Source: an uncultured Muribaculaceae bacterium (lineage in GTDB: Bacteria > Bacillota_I > Bacilli_A > RF39 > UBA660). From it: 64,000 nt of DNA. Each line of letters starts with the position of its first letter. Position 1 is the first letter of the stretch. Where the stretch lies: the NCBI GenBank assembly GCA_964491535.1, contig CAZBGR010000002.1, positions 3,440-67,439 on the forward strand. The letters are read 5' to 3'. Both the position numbers and the translations under genes were made by a program. The notes under the pieces are model-generated. The model was given only the letters and a program-made list of their open reading frames with translations, searched no databases and was not told where the DNA came from. Shown in pieces: positions 39,755-49,741 of this stretch.

Positions 39755-42706
39755 TTAAGATAATTTAGTTAATTTGAAAATATTTAATTGATAACGAGAC
39801 ATTCTTTTTTCTACTCTACCACTAAGGTATACAATGTCACCTCTTTCAATATTTTCATATTCTAAATATAACTTAGGAAAAATAACCAAATCGACAATAC
39901 CTAATTCATCACTTCCACTTGCTAGAATCATATTATCTTTATTTTTAGTCTTTATTTTAGATACTTTTTCAAGATATAAAACACAATTTACTATCTTATC
40001 AAAATGATTTTTAAAATCAATCGTTAATACTAAATTTTGATAAGAGGCTGCATATTTAGAGGTTGGATGATGATTAAGATAAAAACCTAAAACCTGTAAT
40101 TCTCTTTTCGTTAATTCCTCCTTAGAATATTCTGTAACTATTTCCATTAATGGCTTTTCAATTAATTCTTTAGATATTTCTTTAACTAAATCAGCATAAT
40201 TAAGAGCCTTTTCCAAATTATAATTCAAAGTATGATGGTTATAGCCAAAATCTTTAAAACAATCTGCATCAATTAATGATTCAATAGTTTTAGAATTAAC
40301 TGCCCGACCATAGGTTCGACTAACAAAATCAAAAAAATCAACAAACAACCCTTCATCTCTAATTTTTAATATTTCACGGCAGGCCATCAAACCCACATTA
40401 CGAATAGCAGCTAAACTGAATCTAATACCCTTTGATACTACTTGATAATGATAAGTACTTTTATTAATATCTGGTTTTAAAATAGCAATATTATTAAGCT
40501 TACATTCTTTAATATACTCTTTGGTCTTTACGTCACTGCCAATAACATTAGTTAATAAACTACTCATAAAATAAGCTTTATAATGAACTTTTAAATAAGC
40601 CATCCGATAACCTATTAAAGCATAGGCTACTGAATGAGCCCGATTAAAACCATAATTAGCAAACTTCAAAATTAAACGATATACCTTTAAAGCTAAATCA
40701 TGAGGATATCCTTTAGACACACTACGAGAAACAAACTTTTGCTGCTCATTTTCTAAAATATCTTTCTTTTTTTTACTCATCGCTCTTCTTAAAACATCAG
40801 CTTCACCTAATGAATAATCAGCCATTACATGAGCTATTTGCATAATTTGTTCTTGATAAACAATAATTCCATAGGTTGGTTTTAAAATATAATATAAATC
40901 AGGATGCAAATAATCTATCTTTTCATATCCGTTTTTACGACGAATATAATTATCAATATTAGCCATTGGTCCTGGTCTAAACAAAGCAATAGCAGCTACT
41001 AAATCTTCAAAATTATTAGGTTTAAGTTTGTTAATAAAATTCTTCATCCCTACTGATTCAAATTGAAAGATACCCTCAGTTAAAGCTTCACTAAATAAAT
41101 TAAAGGTTTGTTTATCATTCATAGGAATCTGATTAAAAGCTATTTGATTCCCTGCTTCTTTTAATTTATTTAAAACCTCTTCAATTAAAGTAAGGTTTTT
41201 CAAACCTAAAAAATCAATTTTCAACAGACCTAATTCTTCTAAATGTTCCATTGAAAAACCAGTAATATAATGTTGATCATATTTTTGAAGAGGAAGATAA
41301 TTATTAAGTTCAAGATTAGAAATAACTATTCCAGCGGCATGAATTGAAATTTGTCTTTTCATACCTTCTAATTTATAAGCTATTTTATATAGTTTTAATA
41401 ATTCTGGATATTTAATTAATAACTTTTTTAAGTTACTATTAGTTTTAAGATTTTCTTGTAACTTAATAAAAGGATTTATTAATCTGGATAATTCATCTAA
41501 TAACTTAGTATCTATATCAAAAATACGACCTAAATCCCTTATCACTTGCTTACCTCCTAAAGTAACAAAAGTAATAATTGGCATCGCTCTTTTAGGACCA
41601 TATTTATTTATAACATAATTAACTACTTCACCTCTTCTATTTGATTCAAAATCAATATCAATGTCAGGCATAGAAATACGTTCGGGATTTAAAAACCTTT
41701 CAAATAATAAATTATATTTAAGGGGATCAACATCAGTAATTCCTAAACAATAAGATATTAAACTACCAGCTGATGAACCCCTTCCTGGACCTACTAAAAT
41801 ATTATTTTTTTTAGCATATTTAACAAAGTCCCACACAACTAAAAAATAATTATCAAAACCCATCTTATGAACAATCTCTAATTCATACTTTAATCTTTTT
41901 ACATAAGAAACTAAAACATTAGAGCCTAATCTTTTTTGTAACCCTTTTTTAGTTAATGATCTTAAATAAAGATGATCATCAAAATCAGGTTTATCACTAT
42001 ACTTAGGTAATAAATCCTGATTATAATCAAAAGTTAACTGACATAAATCTTTAATTTCTTGCATTTGTTTTAAATCTTTTTTCAAACTATAAGTTAATAC
42101 TTCATCAATTGTCATTAAATAATTATCTTCTTCAACTTGATAGCTGTCTAAATCTTCATTTTTCTTACCATCTTTAATTAAATATAAATATTTTAAATAA
42201 AGTGAATCATCTTTATCTAAATATAAAACTTCATTCATAAAAACTAGTTTTTTACTAACTTTACTTAATTCTTCTCTTTCTTTTAATTGACGATAACTAA
42301 GATAAACATCTGAATAAATACTTTTTATTTTCTTATATAAATGAAGGGCTTTAAAAGGAATAATACATATTAAATGTTGATGATATGTTTTTAAAAGATC
42401 GATAGTTAATAATTGTTCTTGTTTTTGGTATAGTAATCTCGTTAAATTTTGATATCCTTCATAATTTTTAGCATAAAGATATAATTTATTATCTTCTAAT
42501 TCTATTTCCAAACCAATTATTGGTTTTAAATTATTTTTTTGACAAACTTTATAAAATTCCATTACTCCAAACATATTAGAATCAGTAATAGCTAAAGAAG
42601 TAATATTATATAGCTTACATTTTTCAATTAAAGCCTCAATATCATTTAAACTAGATAATAAAGAATAGCTTGTTTTGACATTTAACGGGATATAATTCAT
42701 ACTCAC
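39755..42706 (-). CDS. dnaE: DNA polymerase III alpha subunit (DnaE-type, short 983 aa)
   Basis: N-terminal PHP domain, pol III alpha core (PDIDIDF, GLLKIDFLGLKNL). No PolC-type exonuclease insert. Confidence 0.85.
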   Translation of the reverse strand: MSMNYIPLNVKTSYSLLSSLNDIEALIEKCKLYNITSLAITDSNMFGVMEFYKVCQKNNLKPIIGLEIELEDNKLYLYAKNYEGYQNLTRLLYQKQEQLLTIDLLKTYHQHLICIIPFKALHLYKKIKSIYSDVYLSYRQLKEREELSKVSKKLVFMNEVLYLDKDDSLYLKYLYLIKDGKKNEDLDSYQVEEDNYLMTIDEVLTYSLKKDLKQMQEIKDLCQLTFDYNQDLLPKYSDKPDFDDHLYLRSLTKKGLQKRLGSNVLVSYVKRLKYELEIVHKMGFDNYFLVVWDFVKYAKKNNILVGPGRGSSAGSLISYCLGITDVDPLKYNLLFERFLNPERISMPDIDIDFESNRRGEVVNYVINKYGPKRAMPIITFVTLGGKQVIRDLGRIFDIDTKLLDELSRLINPFIKLQENLKTNSNLKKLLIKYPELLKLYKIAYKLEGMKRQISIHAAGIVISNLELNNYLPLQKYDQHYITGFSMEHLEELGLLKIDFLGLKNLTLIEEVLNKLKEAGNQIAFNQIPMNDKQTFNLFSEALTEGIFQFESVGMKNFINKLKPNNFEDLVAAIALFRPGPMANIDNYIRRKNGYEKIDYLHPDLYYILKPTYGIIVYQEQIMQIAHVMADYSLGEADVLRRAMSKKKKDILENEQQKFVSRSVSKGYPHDLALKVYRLILKFANYGFNRAHSVAYALIGYRMAYLKVHYKAYFMSSLLTNVIGSDVKTKEYIKECKLNNIAILKPDINKSTYHYQVVSKGIRFSLAAIRNVGLMACREILKIRDEGLFVDFFDFVSRTYGRAVNSKTIESLIDADCFKDFGYNHHTLNYNLEKALNYADLVKEISKELIEKPLMEIVTEYSKEELTKRELQVLGFYLNHHPTSKYAASYQNLVLTIDFKNHFDKIVNCVLYLEKVSKIKTKNKDNMILASGSDELGIVDLVIFPKLYLEYENIERGDIVYLSGRVEKRMSRYQLNIFKLTKLS

Positions 42707-42749
42707 CTACCTAAAACATGTAAAAAAGTGTAAAGTTTTTAATTTGCCG

Positions 42750-42779
42750 TTGACTTTTTAATATTTATTGTGTTATTAT
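42750..42779 (+). promoter_or_regulatory. Strong sigma-A-like promoter (-35 TTGACT, 18-nt spacer, extended -10 TGtTATTAT)
   Basis: Plus strand reads TTGACTTTTTAATATTTATTGTGTTATTAT. Confidence 0.5.
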
Positions 42780-42783
42780 TTTC

Positions 42784-42851
42784 TTAGCTCTACTTCCTTT
42801 ATGGTAATTAGAGCGACAAACCGTTATGTTAAATCATGACGGTTTTTTATT
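42784..42851 (+). ncRNA. Candidate ~65-nt small RNA or rpmB leader-attenuator: two hairpins ending in an intrinsic terminator
   Basis: First hairpin GCTCTA...TAGAGC. Then CCGTTATG-ttaaat-CATGACGG (8-bp stem with one G-U) followed by TTTTTTATT, immediately downstream of the promoter above. Confidence 0.35.
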
Positions 42852-42974
42852 ACATTTTAATTATATCAAACTAATGTATGGCCGTCAAGGATAACCACCC
42901 CCCTAAAATTTGACTTTAATTATATAGTATGCTATCGTTATAAACGACTTAAATAAAAAAAAGGAGCTGATAAC

Positions 42975-43136
42975 GTGGCTAAAAAAGTCACTAATCGAAA
43001 ACCGTTATTTGGTAATAAACGTTCTCATGCAATGAATATTACGAAAAAGAAACAACGATTAAACATTCAAAAGGCAACTATAAAAGGGAAGAAAATTAAA
43101 ACAACTGTCCGTGAAGCTAAAAAAAAGTTTAGTTAA
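42975..43136 (+). CDS. rpmB: 50S ribosomal protein L28 (53 aa, GTG start)
   Basis: Own translation: MAKKVTNRKPLFGNKRSHAMNITKKKQRLNIQKATIKGKKIKTTVREAKKKFS, with AAGGAG RBS. Missing from the ORF track (<60 aa). Confidence 0.8.
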   Translation: MAKKVTNRKPLFGNKRSHAMNITKKKQRLNIQKATIKGKKIKTTVREAKKKFS

Positions 43137-43256
43137 TAATCATATTCATCACCTATTTACTAAACAAGCATTTCTTATTTAATTATTTAAATTTATATTA
43201 ATAAACATTTGAATAATCTATTTTAAATACATTAAAGAACACAACTTTAATGTTTT

Positions 43257-44383
43257 TTAATGTTTTAACCATTTATAATTTAAATATTGTTCTACTTGTT
43301 GTCGTTTTTGATCATTTAATACTGTATTATATAATAATATCTCAGCAATATCTCCTCTTAAATAATTAACTTTACCAGCCGCTGCCCCAATAGTATGACG
43401 AGTTCCAAAATCATCATTATAAGCATTAAGACCAAAGTTAACCGTTCCGGTAGTTGTTAATTTTTCTTGATTAATCCATATTTTAATTTCATTATCTTCC
43501 AAACTCTGAGTAGTACTTATAATATGATAATTATTCGTAGTATATGTATTAGCAGAAATTACATTTTGAAAATTCTCAGATTTTGATCTTCCTCCAGAGC
43601 GCAAAGTATTATTAGCTTGAAAATCAAGAAATATTTTAGAATTATTAGCTTCTATTGTGATATCAATATAAGAATTCCTCTCATTATGAGCTGTTTTATT
43701 ACCAACTAAAAATAAAGTTATTCCTTCTTTAGCCTTAAGAAGAATAGCGATATCATTTGGTAAAATTAAATAACTATTAGCAAAACGAACAATCGCTTGA
43801 TTATTAAGAATGTTGGTTTTATATATAGGCTTAAAACTATTATCAGATTGCGTAGCATGATTTTTTTTGGCGATAAATCATCCCATTGAGTTACCATATC
43901 TCCATTATCTAAATTAATAATATTTGCGGCATCTAAATGTAAAATCAAATTATTCTTAGGGAAAAGATAATAAGAAGATAAATTTTCGTCAGAATAAGAA
44001 AATTTAATATCATATCGATTATTACCCAACACATAAATATAAATTTTAGTGTCTAGAGGGATAGAAATATCATTTCTGGGATCAATTACTGGTTCAGTTA
44101 ACATTTCTTTAGAAATTAAATCTCCTAAAGTAATAGAAATTTCTTGACCAGGTTCATCAATATTGTCAATAATATCTCGATAATCATCAATATATAACCT
44201 AGTAGTAGTTTCAATGCTATTAATTAATAAATAATAGGCTTGCTCTTTTGCTTTATTGATATAATTCATCCCTAAAGAAATTACTATAGATGATAAAACA
44301 CCTAAAATAATAATAACGGCTAATAATTCAACAAGTGTAAAAGCATGATTATTAATTAACCTTTTTAATTTTATTTGTTTCAT
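43257..44383 (-). pseudogene. Type IV pilin-like (class III signal peptide) protein with C-terminal LamG-like domain, split by a +1/-1 frameshift at an A8 homopolymer
   Basis: N-terminal prepilin motif HAFTLVELLAVIIILGVL. The upstream ORF (43766..44383) and downstream ORF (43257..43604) join into one ~375-aa frame if the A8 run (T8 at plus 43861-43868) is A9; the joined frame was verified codon by codon. The C-terminus GDIAEILLYNTVLNDQKRQQVEQYLNYKW is Laminin_G_3-like. Confidence 0.6.
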
Positions 44384-44470
44384 AATACACTTCCTCTAAA
44401 TTATATAATTGTTATCAATTTAAAAAAACAAACTCATTATTTATCTTAAATTTTACTTTTTCTATAAAAA

Positions 44471-45481
44471 TTATACTAGGGCATGCCTTTTAAAAATATT
44501 AACGTTATCTAAAGCGTATACTCTAATTTTAGCTTGATTAATAATTTTAATCCATCCTAAACCACTAATAACCACATCTTCATTACCTTCAATATTGAAA
44601 TTTATTTCTTTTAATTTTCGTAATCGAATATCGTGATTTAAATTTACTTGTTCAATCTTAATGCCATTAGCTACATAAATTACTAAAATATTTTTGTTTC
44701 CTTCTAAATAATCAATTCTAACTAAATCATCAATTATTAACGATTGATTAGCTTGAACTTGATAAATTCTTGGTTGTATCTCATTAACTGGAATAATTGT
44801 TTTTAATTTCATGAAATCAACCACATTCTCAATACTACCTCCATCTAATAAACCAGGAGTATCAATCAAAGTTAAATCATCGTTTAATTTTATTTCCATC
44901 ATTTCAAAAGTGGTTGACGGTAACATACTAATTGTTATATCTGATTCTTGATGAGCATAATTTTTAGTTAAAGTATTAATTAAAGTTGATTTACCAGCAT
45001 TAGTGTTCCCCACCACATAAACATTATTAGATTTTTTATAGTAATTAATTAGCTCATATAATTTATCTAACTGATAATGTTCATGACTACTTATACATAT
45101 TAACTTTAGATAATTTAAATTATAGGGCTTTAACCAATTAATAATATCTATTTCCGTTAATGTTTTAGGTAATAGATCTCTTTTATTTAAGACAAGGATA
45201 AAAGGGTTTTTTAAAAAATCATCAACTTTTTCTATTTTTTGACCAATATTAAATAAATCAACTACATACACAACCAAATCGTTAGTATAATTAATATGAC
45301 TTAACATTTTTTGATAATCTTCACTATCTTTTTTAATAAAAACATAATCACCATAATTTTTAATACGAAAACAACGACGACATATTTTAGTCTTTCCATA
45401 AATACTAGCATTAATATAACCGGCCATTTCTGGTTTTTCTGATTGAAAAGTAGCTCCACAGCCCAAACATTTTTTAATCAT
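44471..45481 (-). CDS. yqeH: Ribosome biogenesis GTPase YqeH (circularly permuted GTPase with N-terminal zinc ribbon)
   Basis: CLGCGATFQ...CRRCF zinc ribbon; GNTNAGKST G1 motif after the G4 region. Confidence 0.85.
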   Translation of the reverse strand: MIKKCLGCGATFQSEKPEMAGYINASIYGKTKICRRCFRIKNYGDYVFIKKDSEDYQKMLSHINYTNDLVVYVVDLFNIGQKIEKVDDFLKNPFILVLNKRDLLPKTLTEIDIINWLKPYNLNYLKLICISSHEHYQLDKLYELINYYKKSNNVYVVGNTNAGKSTLINTLTKNYAHQESDITISMLPSTTFEMMEIKLNDDLTLIDTPGLLDGGSIENVVDFMKLKTIIPVNEIQPRIYQVQANQSLIIDDLVRIDYLEGNKNILVIYVANGIKIEQVNLNHDIRLRKLKEINFNIEGNEDVVISGLGWIKIINQAKIRVYALDNVNIFKRHALV

Positions 45482-46001
45482 AATATTGCCCCTTATAAAA
45501 CAATTGTTTCTTACTAGCCTTATTCATAATTATTTTCTCTATCCCTCTATTTATCTTAGTTATTAACTTATCTCTTAAACTAATAGGATTAACTAAAATA
45601 GTTGTAATACCTACTTTATTACCACCTAAAATATCAGTTAACAATTGATCGCCAACACTAGCTATTTCATTTTCTAATAATTTATATTCCTTCATAATTT
45701 TATGATATTTATAACTCAAAGGTTTCATAGCAAAAGCAGCACAATCTACTTCTAAATAATCTTTAAATACCTTTAACCTATCTTTTGTAGCATTAGATAA
45801 TAAAGCAATAATAAAACCCATTTCTTTTAATTTTTCAATTAAATCCTTTACTTTTTTAGGTGGCTTTTTAATATCAACTGGAACTAAAGTATTATCAACA
45901 TCAAATAAAATGCATTTAATTCCTGCTTTTTTCAATTTCTTATAATCTATAGTATAAATACTTTTTTGATAAATATTAGGAATACACTTTTCTAACATCA
46001 A
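45474..46001 (-). CDS. yqeG: HAD-superfamily (subfamily IIIA) phosphatase YqeG
   Basis: FDVDNTLVP motif; conserved position upstream of yqeH. Confidence 0.8.
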   Translation of the reverse strand: MMLEKCIPNIYQKSIYTIDYKKLKKAGIKCILFDVDNTLVPVDIKKPPKKVKDLIEKLKEMGFIIALLSNATKDRLKVFKDYLEVDCAAFAMKPLSYKYHKIMKEYKLLENEIASVGDQLLTDILGGNKVGITTILVNPISLRDKLITKINRGIEKIIMNKASKKQLFYKGQYYD

Positions 46002-46138
46002 ATAACTCCTCCCTAATTACATATCTTATATCATTTTAAACAAAAAAGGAAAGATAATCAAGTGTTTTACTATTTTAAGCTAAAGTCAACAAGCTTAAAT
46101 AACTCAAGATTAATAAAATGTTGATAAATTATTATCAT

Positions 46139-49100
46139 TTATTTTTCTAAAGATTGATAATAAGCAAATCTTTCTTTAGCCTCTTTTTTTAATTCCATTC
46201 TTAATTTAGCTGCTCTTTTTTGATTAATATTTTTTAAAATTGTAAACCGATTTTCACTATCAAGAAAGTGATCAAATAAATCAAAATTTGGATTATTATA
46301 ATCTAATTTGAAAATTTCTTCTGTTGGATTATATCTAAAAATAGGAAAATAACCACATGCAACCGCTTTTTTTTGGTGTTCAATACTTTCTTCCATCCCA
46401 TTTTTAATACCATGTAAAATACAAGTAGCATAAGCTATAATCAATGAGGGGCCCTTATGCTTTTCAGCTTCGATGAAAGCATCTAAAGTAGCCTTCATAT
46501 TAGCTCCTAAACTTACTTCAGCAATATAAGCATGCTTATAAGTCATCATCATTCGAGCTAAATCTTTTCTAATGGTATCTTTCCCACTAATTGAAAACTT
46601 AGATACAGAACCTTTTTCTGATGCCTTTGACAATTGGCCTCCTGTATTAGAATAAACTTGAGTATCTAAAACTAAAATATTAATATTATGATGGCTAGCT
46701 AAGACATGATCAATACCTCCAAAACCAATATCATAGGCCCAACCATCTCCCCCCACCGCCCAAACAGAACGAGTTTTAAGATATTCTTTTAAAGGTTCTA
46801 AGAAAGGAACTTTTTGATAATCTAAACGTTCATATACTTCTTTAGTTACCTCATAATCATCTTTATCATTTAACCATAATTCAAATAAATATCTACTTTC
46901 TTCATCAACGTTATCAATCATATCAATCATCATATTTTCAATTCTTTTTCTCATTTGTTGATAAGCTATTACCATTCCAAAACCATATTCTGCATTATCT
47001 TCAAATAAAGAATTAGCCCATGGTACTAAATAAGGCATACTAGGCATACTAGCTCCATAAATAGAAGAACAACCTGTTGCATTAGCAATTATTAAACGAT
47101 CATTAAATAATTGAGTTAATAGTTTAAGATACGGAGTTTCGCCACAACCGGCACAAGCCCCACTAAATTCAAATAAAGGTTTTTGAAATTGAGAGGCTTT
47201 AACATTATTTTTAATAACTTCTTTTTTAACAGTTACTTCATTTACTAAGTAATCAAACCCATTTTGATGATTAATTTCATCAAAAGGTTTCATCCTAAGA
47301 GCTTTATTACCATCTTTTCCAGGACATATTTTAGCACAAATTCCACAACCAGTACAATCTAAGGTAGATATTCCAATTTGAAAATAATAATTGTTCCCGA
47401 TTGCCTTTAAGGCCTTTTCTTTAACCTCTAAGGGAGCCTTTTGATATTCTTCTTCAGTCAACAAAAAAGGTCTAATTACAGCATGAGGACAAACAAAAGA
47501 ACAAAGATTACATTGAATACAATTTTCAGGATTCCACGCGGGAACATTTTCAGCAATTCCTCTTTTTTCATATTGAGAAGTTCCCTTAATAAATGTTCCA
47601 TCTTTATAATCTTTAAAAGCTGACACCTTTAAATCATTACCCTTTAAATCACTCATCAATTTAAAAATATCATTATTAAGATGCTTAGTTATCTTTTTTT
47701 TCTCTATAAAATCTAATACTTCTTCTTTTAAATGAATTTCTTTTAAATAATAAATAGTATTAGTAACTGCTTTTAAATTAGCCTCCACTATTTTATCTCC
47801 TTTATAAGCGAAATCTAATTTAACATTTTCTTTAATCTTAAATAAAGCATCCTCAAAGGGCATAAAATTAGTTAATTTAAACAAACAAGTTTCTATAATA
47901 GTACTTATTTTATTTTTTAAACCTGATTTATTAGCTAATTGATAAGCATCAATTACGTAAAATTTAATTCTTTTGTTAATTAATATACTTCTTAGCTCAT
48001 AAGGTAAGGATTTAATGATTTCTGTTTCATCTAAAGTACTAACATATAAAAAAATTCCATCATTTTTTAGGAGTGACAACATGTCATAACGACCTAAATA
48101 ACTTTCTTTAGCACATACCAAAATATTAGGATTTGATACTAAATAAGGAGCTCTAATATCATCAGAAGCGATTCGAAGATGCCCTCTAGTTATCCCCCCA
48201 CTTTTTTTAGAATCATATTGAAAATAAGCTTGAACCTTATTATTCGTATTATCACCAATAATCCTAATAATGTTTTTAGCACAACTAATCATTCCATCAG
48301 AACCATAACCATAAATCAATAATGAAAATCGGTCCTTTAAATTAATAGTAAATGGAATTATTGGAATACTTAAATGAGTAACGTCATCATCAATCCCAAC
48401 TGTAAAACCATGAAAATAATGATCACTATCTAAAAAGCTATAAATTGATTTAATATGAGCGGGAGTAATATCTTTGCCAGATAACCCGTAACGACCCCCA
48501 ATAATAATTGGTTTACGATTTGTTTTATTAAACAAACTTACTACATCTAAATATAATGGTTCTCCACTACTGCCAGCTTCTTTAGTTCGATCTAAAACAG
48601 CTATTCTTTCTACTGTTTTAGGTAATACTTTAAAAAAATATTTAGCACTAAAGGGGCGATATAAATGAACCTCTATTAATCCTATTTCCCCGTTTAGATA
48701 ATCAATAGTTTCTTTAATAGTTTCACAAATTGAACCCATCGCAATAATAATCCTTTTAGCTTCTTTATTACCGTAATAATTAAAAGGCTGATAATCTCGA
48801 CCTGTTTTTTGATGAATCTTTTCCATGTAATCATTAACTATTTCAACTACCAATTCATAATCCTTATTACGAGCTTCAGTTGCTTGAAAATAAATATCTT
48901 CATTATGAGTTGTACCCCTAATTACTTGATTAGAAGGGGATAAACTACGATTTCTAAAGTTAGCTATAGCTTTAAAATCAACTAAATCAATAATATCTTC
49001 TTTAGTTAATAATTTTATTTTTTGAATTTCATGACTAGTTCTAAAACCATCAAAAAAATGAAGAAAAGGAATCCTACTTTTAATAGCAGATAAATGACTA

Positions 49101-49561
49101 ATGGCTGCTAAGTCAGTAATTTGTTGAACGCTTGAACTAGCTAATATTGCAAAGCCAGTAGCCCGAGTAGCATAAATATCTTGATGATCCCCTAAAATAC
49201 TAAGGGCATGAGTCGCAATTGTTCTAGAGGCTACATGAATAACGCAAGGTAATAGCTCGCCAGCTATTTTATACATATTAGGAATCATTAATAACAATCC
49301 TTGACTAGATGTAAAAGTAGTTGCTAAACAACCACTTTGTAAAACCCCATGTACAAAACCAGCTACCCCTCCTTCAGATTGCATTTCTACTACTTTAACT
49401 TGATCATTAAAAATATTCTTTTCCCCTTTATTACTCCACTCATCAATTAATTCAGCCATTGGTGAAGCTGGGGTAATAGGATAAATGCCAGCTATTTCAG
49501 TAAATAAATAAGCTATTCTAGCACAAGCTTCATTCCCATCGAGTGTTTTATATGTTATCAA
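46139..49561 (-). CDS. nifJ: Pyruvate:ferredoxin (flavodoxin) oxidoreductase, single-chain
   Basis: 1140 aa. Two 4Fe-4S ferredoxin motifs (CIQCNLCSFVCPHA, CTGCGICAKICP) and a TPP-binding GDG motif (GGDGWAYDIGFGG). TTG start with GAGGT RBS. Confidence 0.9.
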   Translation of the reverse strand: MITYKTLDGNEACARIAYLFTEIAGIYPITPASPMAELIDEWSNKGEKNIFNDQVKVVEMQSEGGVAGFVHGVLQSGCLATTFTSSQGLLLMIPNMYKIAGELLPCVIHVASRTIATHALSILGDHQDIYATRATGFAILASSSVQQITDLAAISHLSAIKSRIPFLHFFDGFRTSHEIQKIKLLTKEDIIDLVDFKAIANFRNRSLSPSNQVIRGTTHNEDIYFQATEARNKDYELVVEIVNDYMEKIHQKTGRDYQPFNYYGNKEAKRIIIAMGSICETIKETIDYLNGEIGLIEVHLYRPFSAKYFFKVLPKTVERIAVLDRTKEAGSSGEPLYLDVVSLFNKTNRKPIIIGGRYGLSGKDITPAHIKSIYSFLDSDHYFHGFTVGIDDDVTHLSIPIIPFTINLKDRFSLLIYGYGSDGMISCAKNIIRIIGDNTNNKVQAYFQYDSKKSGGITRGHLRIASDDIRAPYLVSNPNILVCAKESYLGRYDMLSLLKNDGIFLYVSTLDETEIIKSLPYELRSILINKRIKFYVIDAYQLANKSGLKNKISTIIETCLFKLTNFMPFEDALFKIKENVKLDFAYKGDKIVEANLKAVTNTIYYLKEIHLKEEVLDFIEKKKITKHLNNDIFKLMSDLKGNDLKVSAFKDYKDGTFIKGTSQYEKRGIAENVPAWNPENCIQCNLCSFVCPHAVIRPFLLTEEEYQKAPLEVKEKALKAIGNNYYFQIGISTLDCTGCGICAKICPGKDGNKALRMKPFDEINHQNGFDYLVNEVTVKKEVIKNNVKASQFQKPLFEFSGACAGCGETPYLKLLTQLFNDRLIIANATGCSSIYGASMPSMPYLVPWANSLFEDNAEYGFGMVIAYQQMRKRIENMMIDMIDNVDEESRYLFELWLNDKDDYEVTKEVYERLDYQKVPFLEPLKEYLKTRSVWAVGGDGWAYDIGFGGIDHVLASHHNINILVLDTQVYSNTGGQLSKASEKGSVSKFSISGKDTIRKDLARMMMTYKHAYIAEVSLGANMKATLDAFIEAEKHKGPSLIIAYATCILHGIKNGMEESIEHQKKAVACGYFPIFRYNPTEEIFKLDYNNPNFDLFDHFLDSENRFTILKNINQKRAAKLRMELKKEAKERFAYYQSLEK

Positions 49562-49605
49562 CTTTTATCAACCTCGTATTCTAAATAAAATTATACACTA
49601 AAATT

Positions 49606-49640
49606 AAGCAAAAAAAAAGACCTAGGTTACCCTAGACCTT
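49606..49640 (-). terminator. Rho-independent terminator of argS (strand-specific: G-U pairs only in the minus-strand RNA)
   Basis: Minus strand reads AAGGTCTAGG-gtaa-CCTAGGTCTT followed by T9. Confidence 0.7.
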
Positions 49641-49661
49641 GCCATACGGTATCCGTATGGC
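49641..49661. repeat. Perfect 9-bp palindrome GCCATACGG-tat-CCGTATGGC adjacent to the argS terminator
   Basis: Seen directly in the sequence; it can form a hairpin on either strand. Confidence 0.6.
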
Positions 49662-49741
49662 ATTATTATAATATGCGATAAACCTAAAAATATACTTATT
49701 TTCTTTTTATTAATTATATTTATTAATTAACTAATAATATA

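Noticed and set aside
43861-43868. Reading the T8/A8 tract simply as a sequencing error and calling an intact pilin-like gene
   Set aside because: It cannot be decided from the sequence alone. The gene is kept as frameshifted/pseudogene and flagged as a phase-variation candidate.
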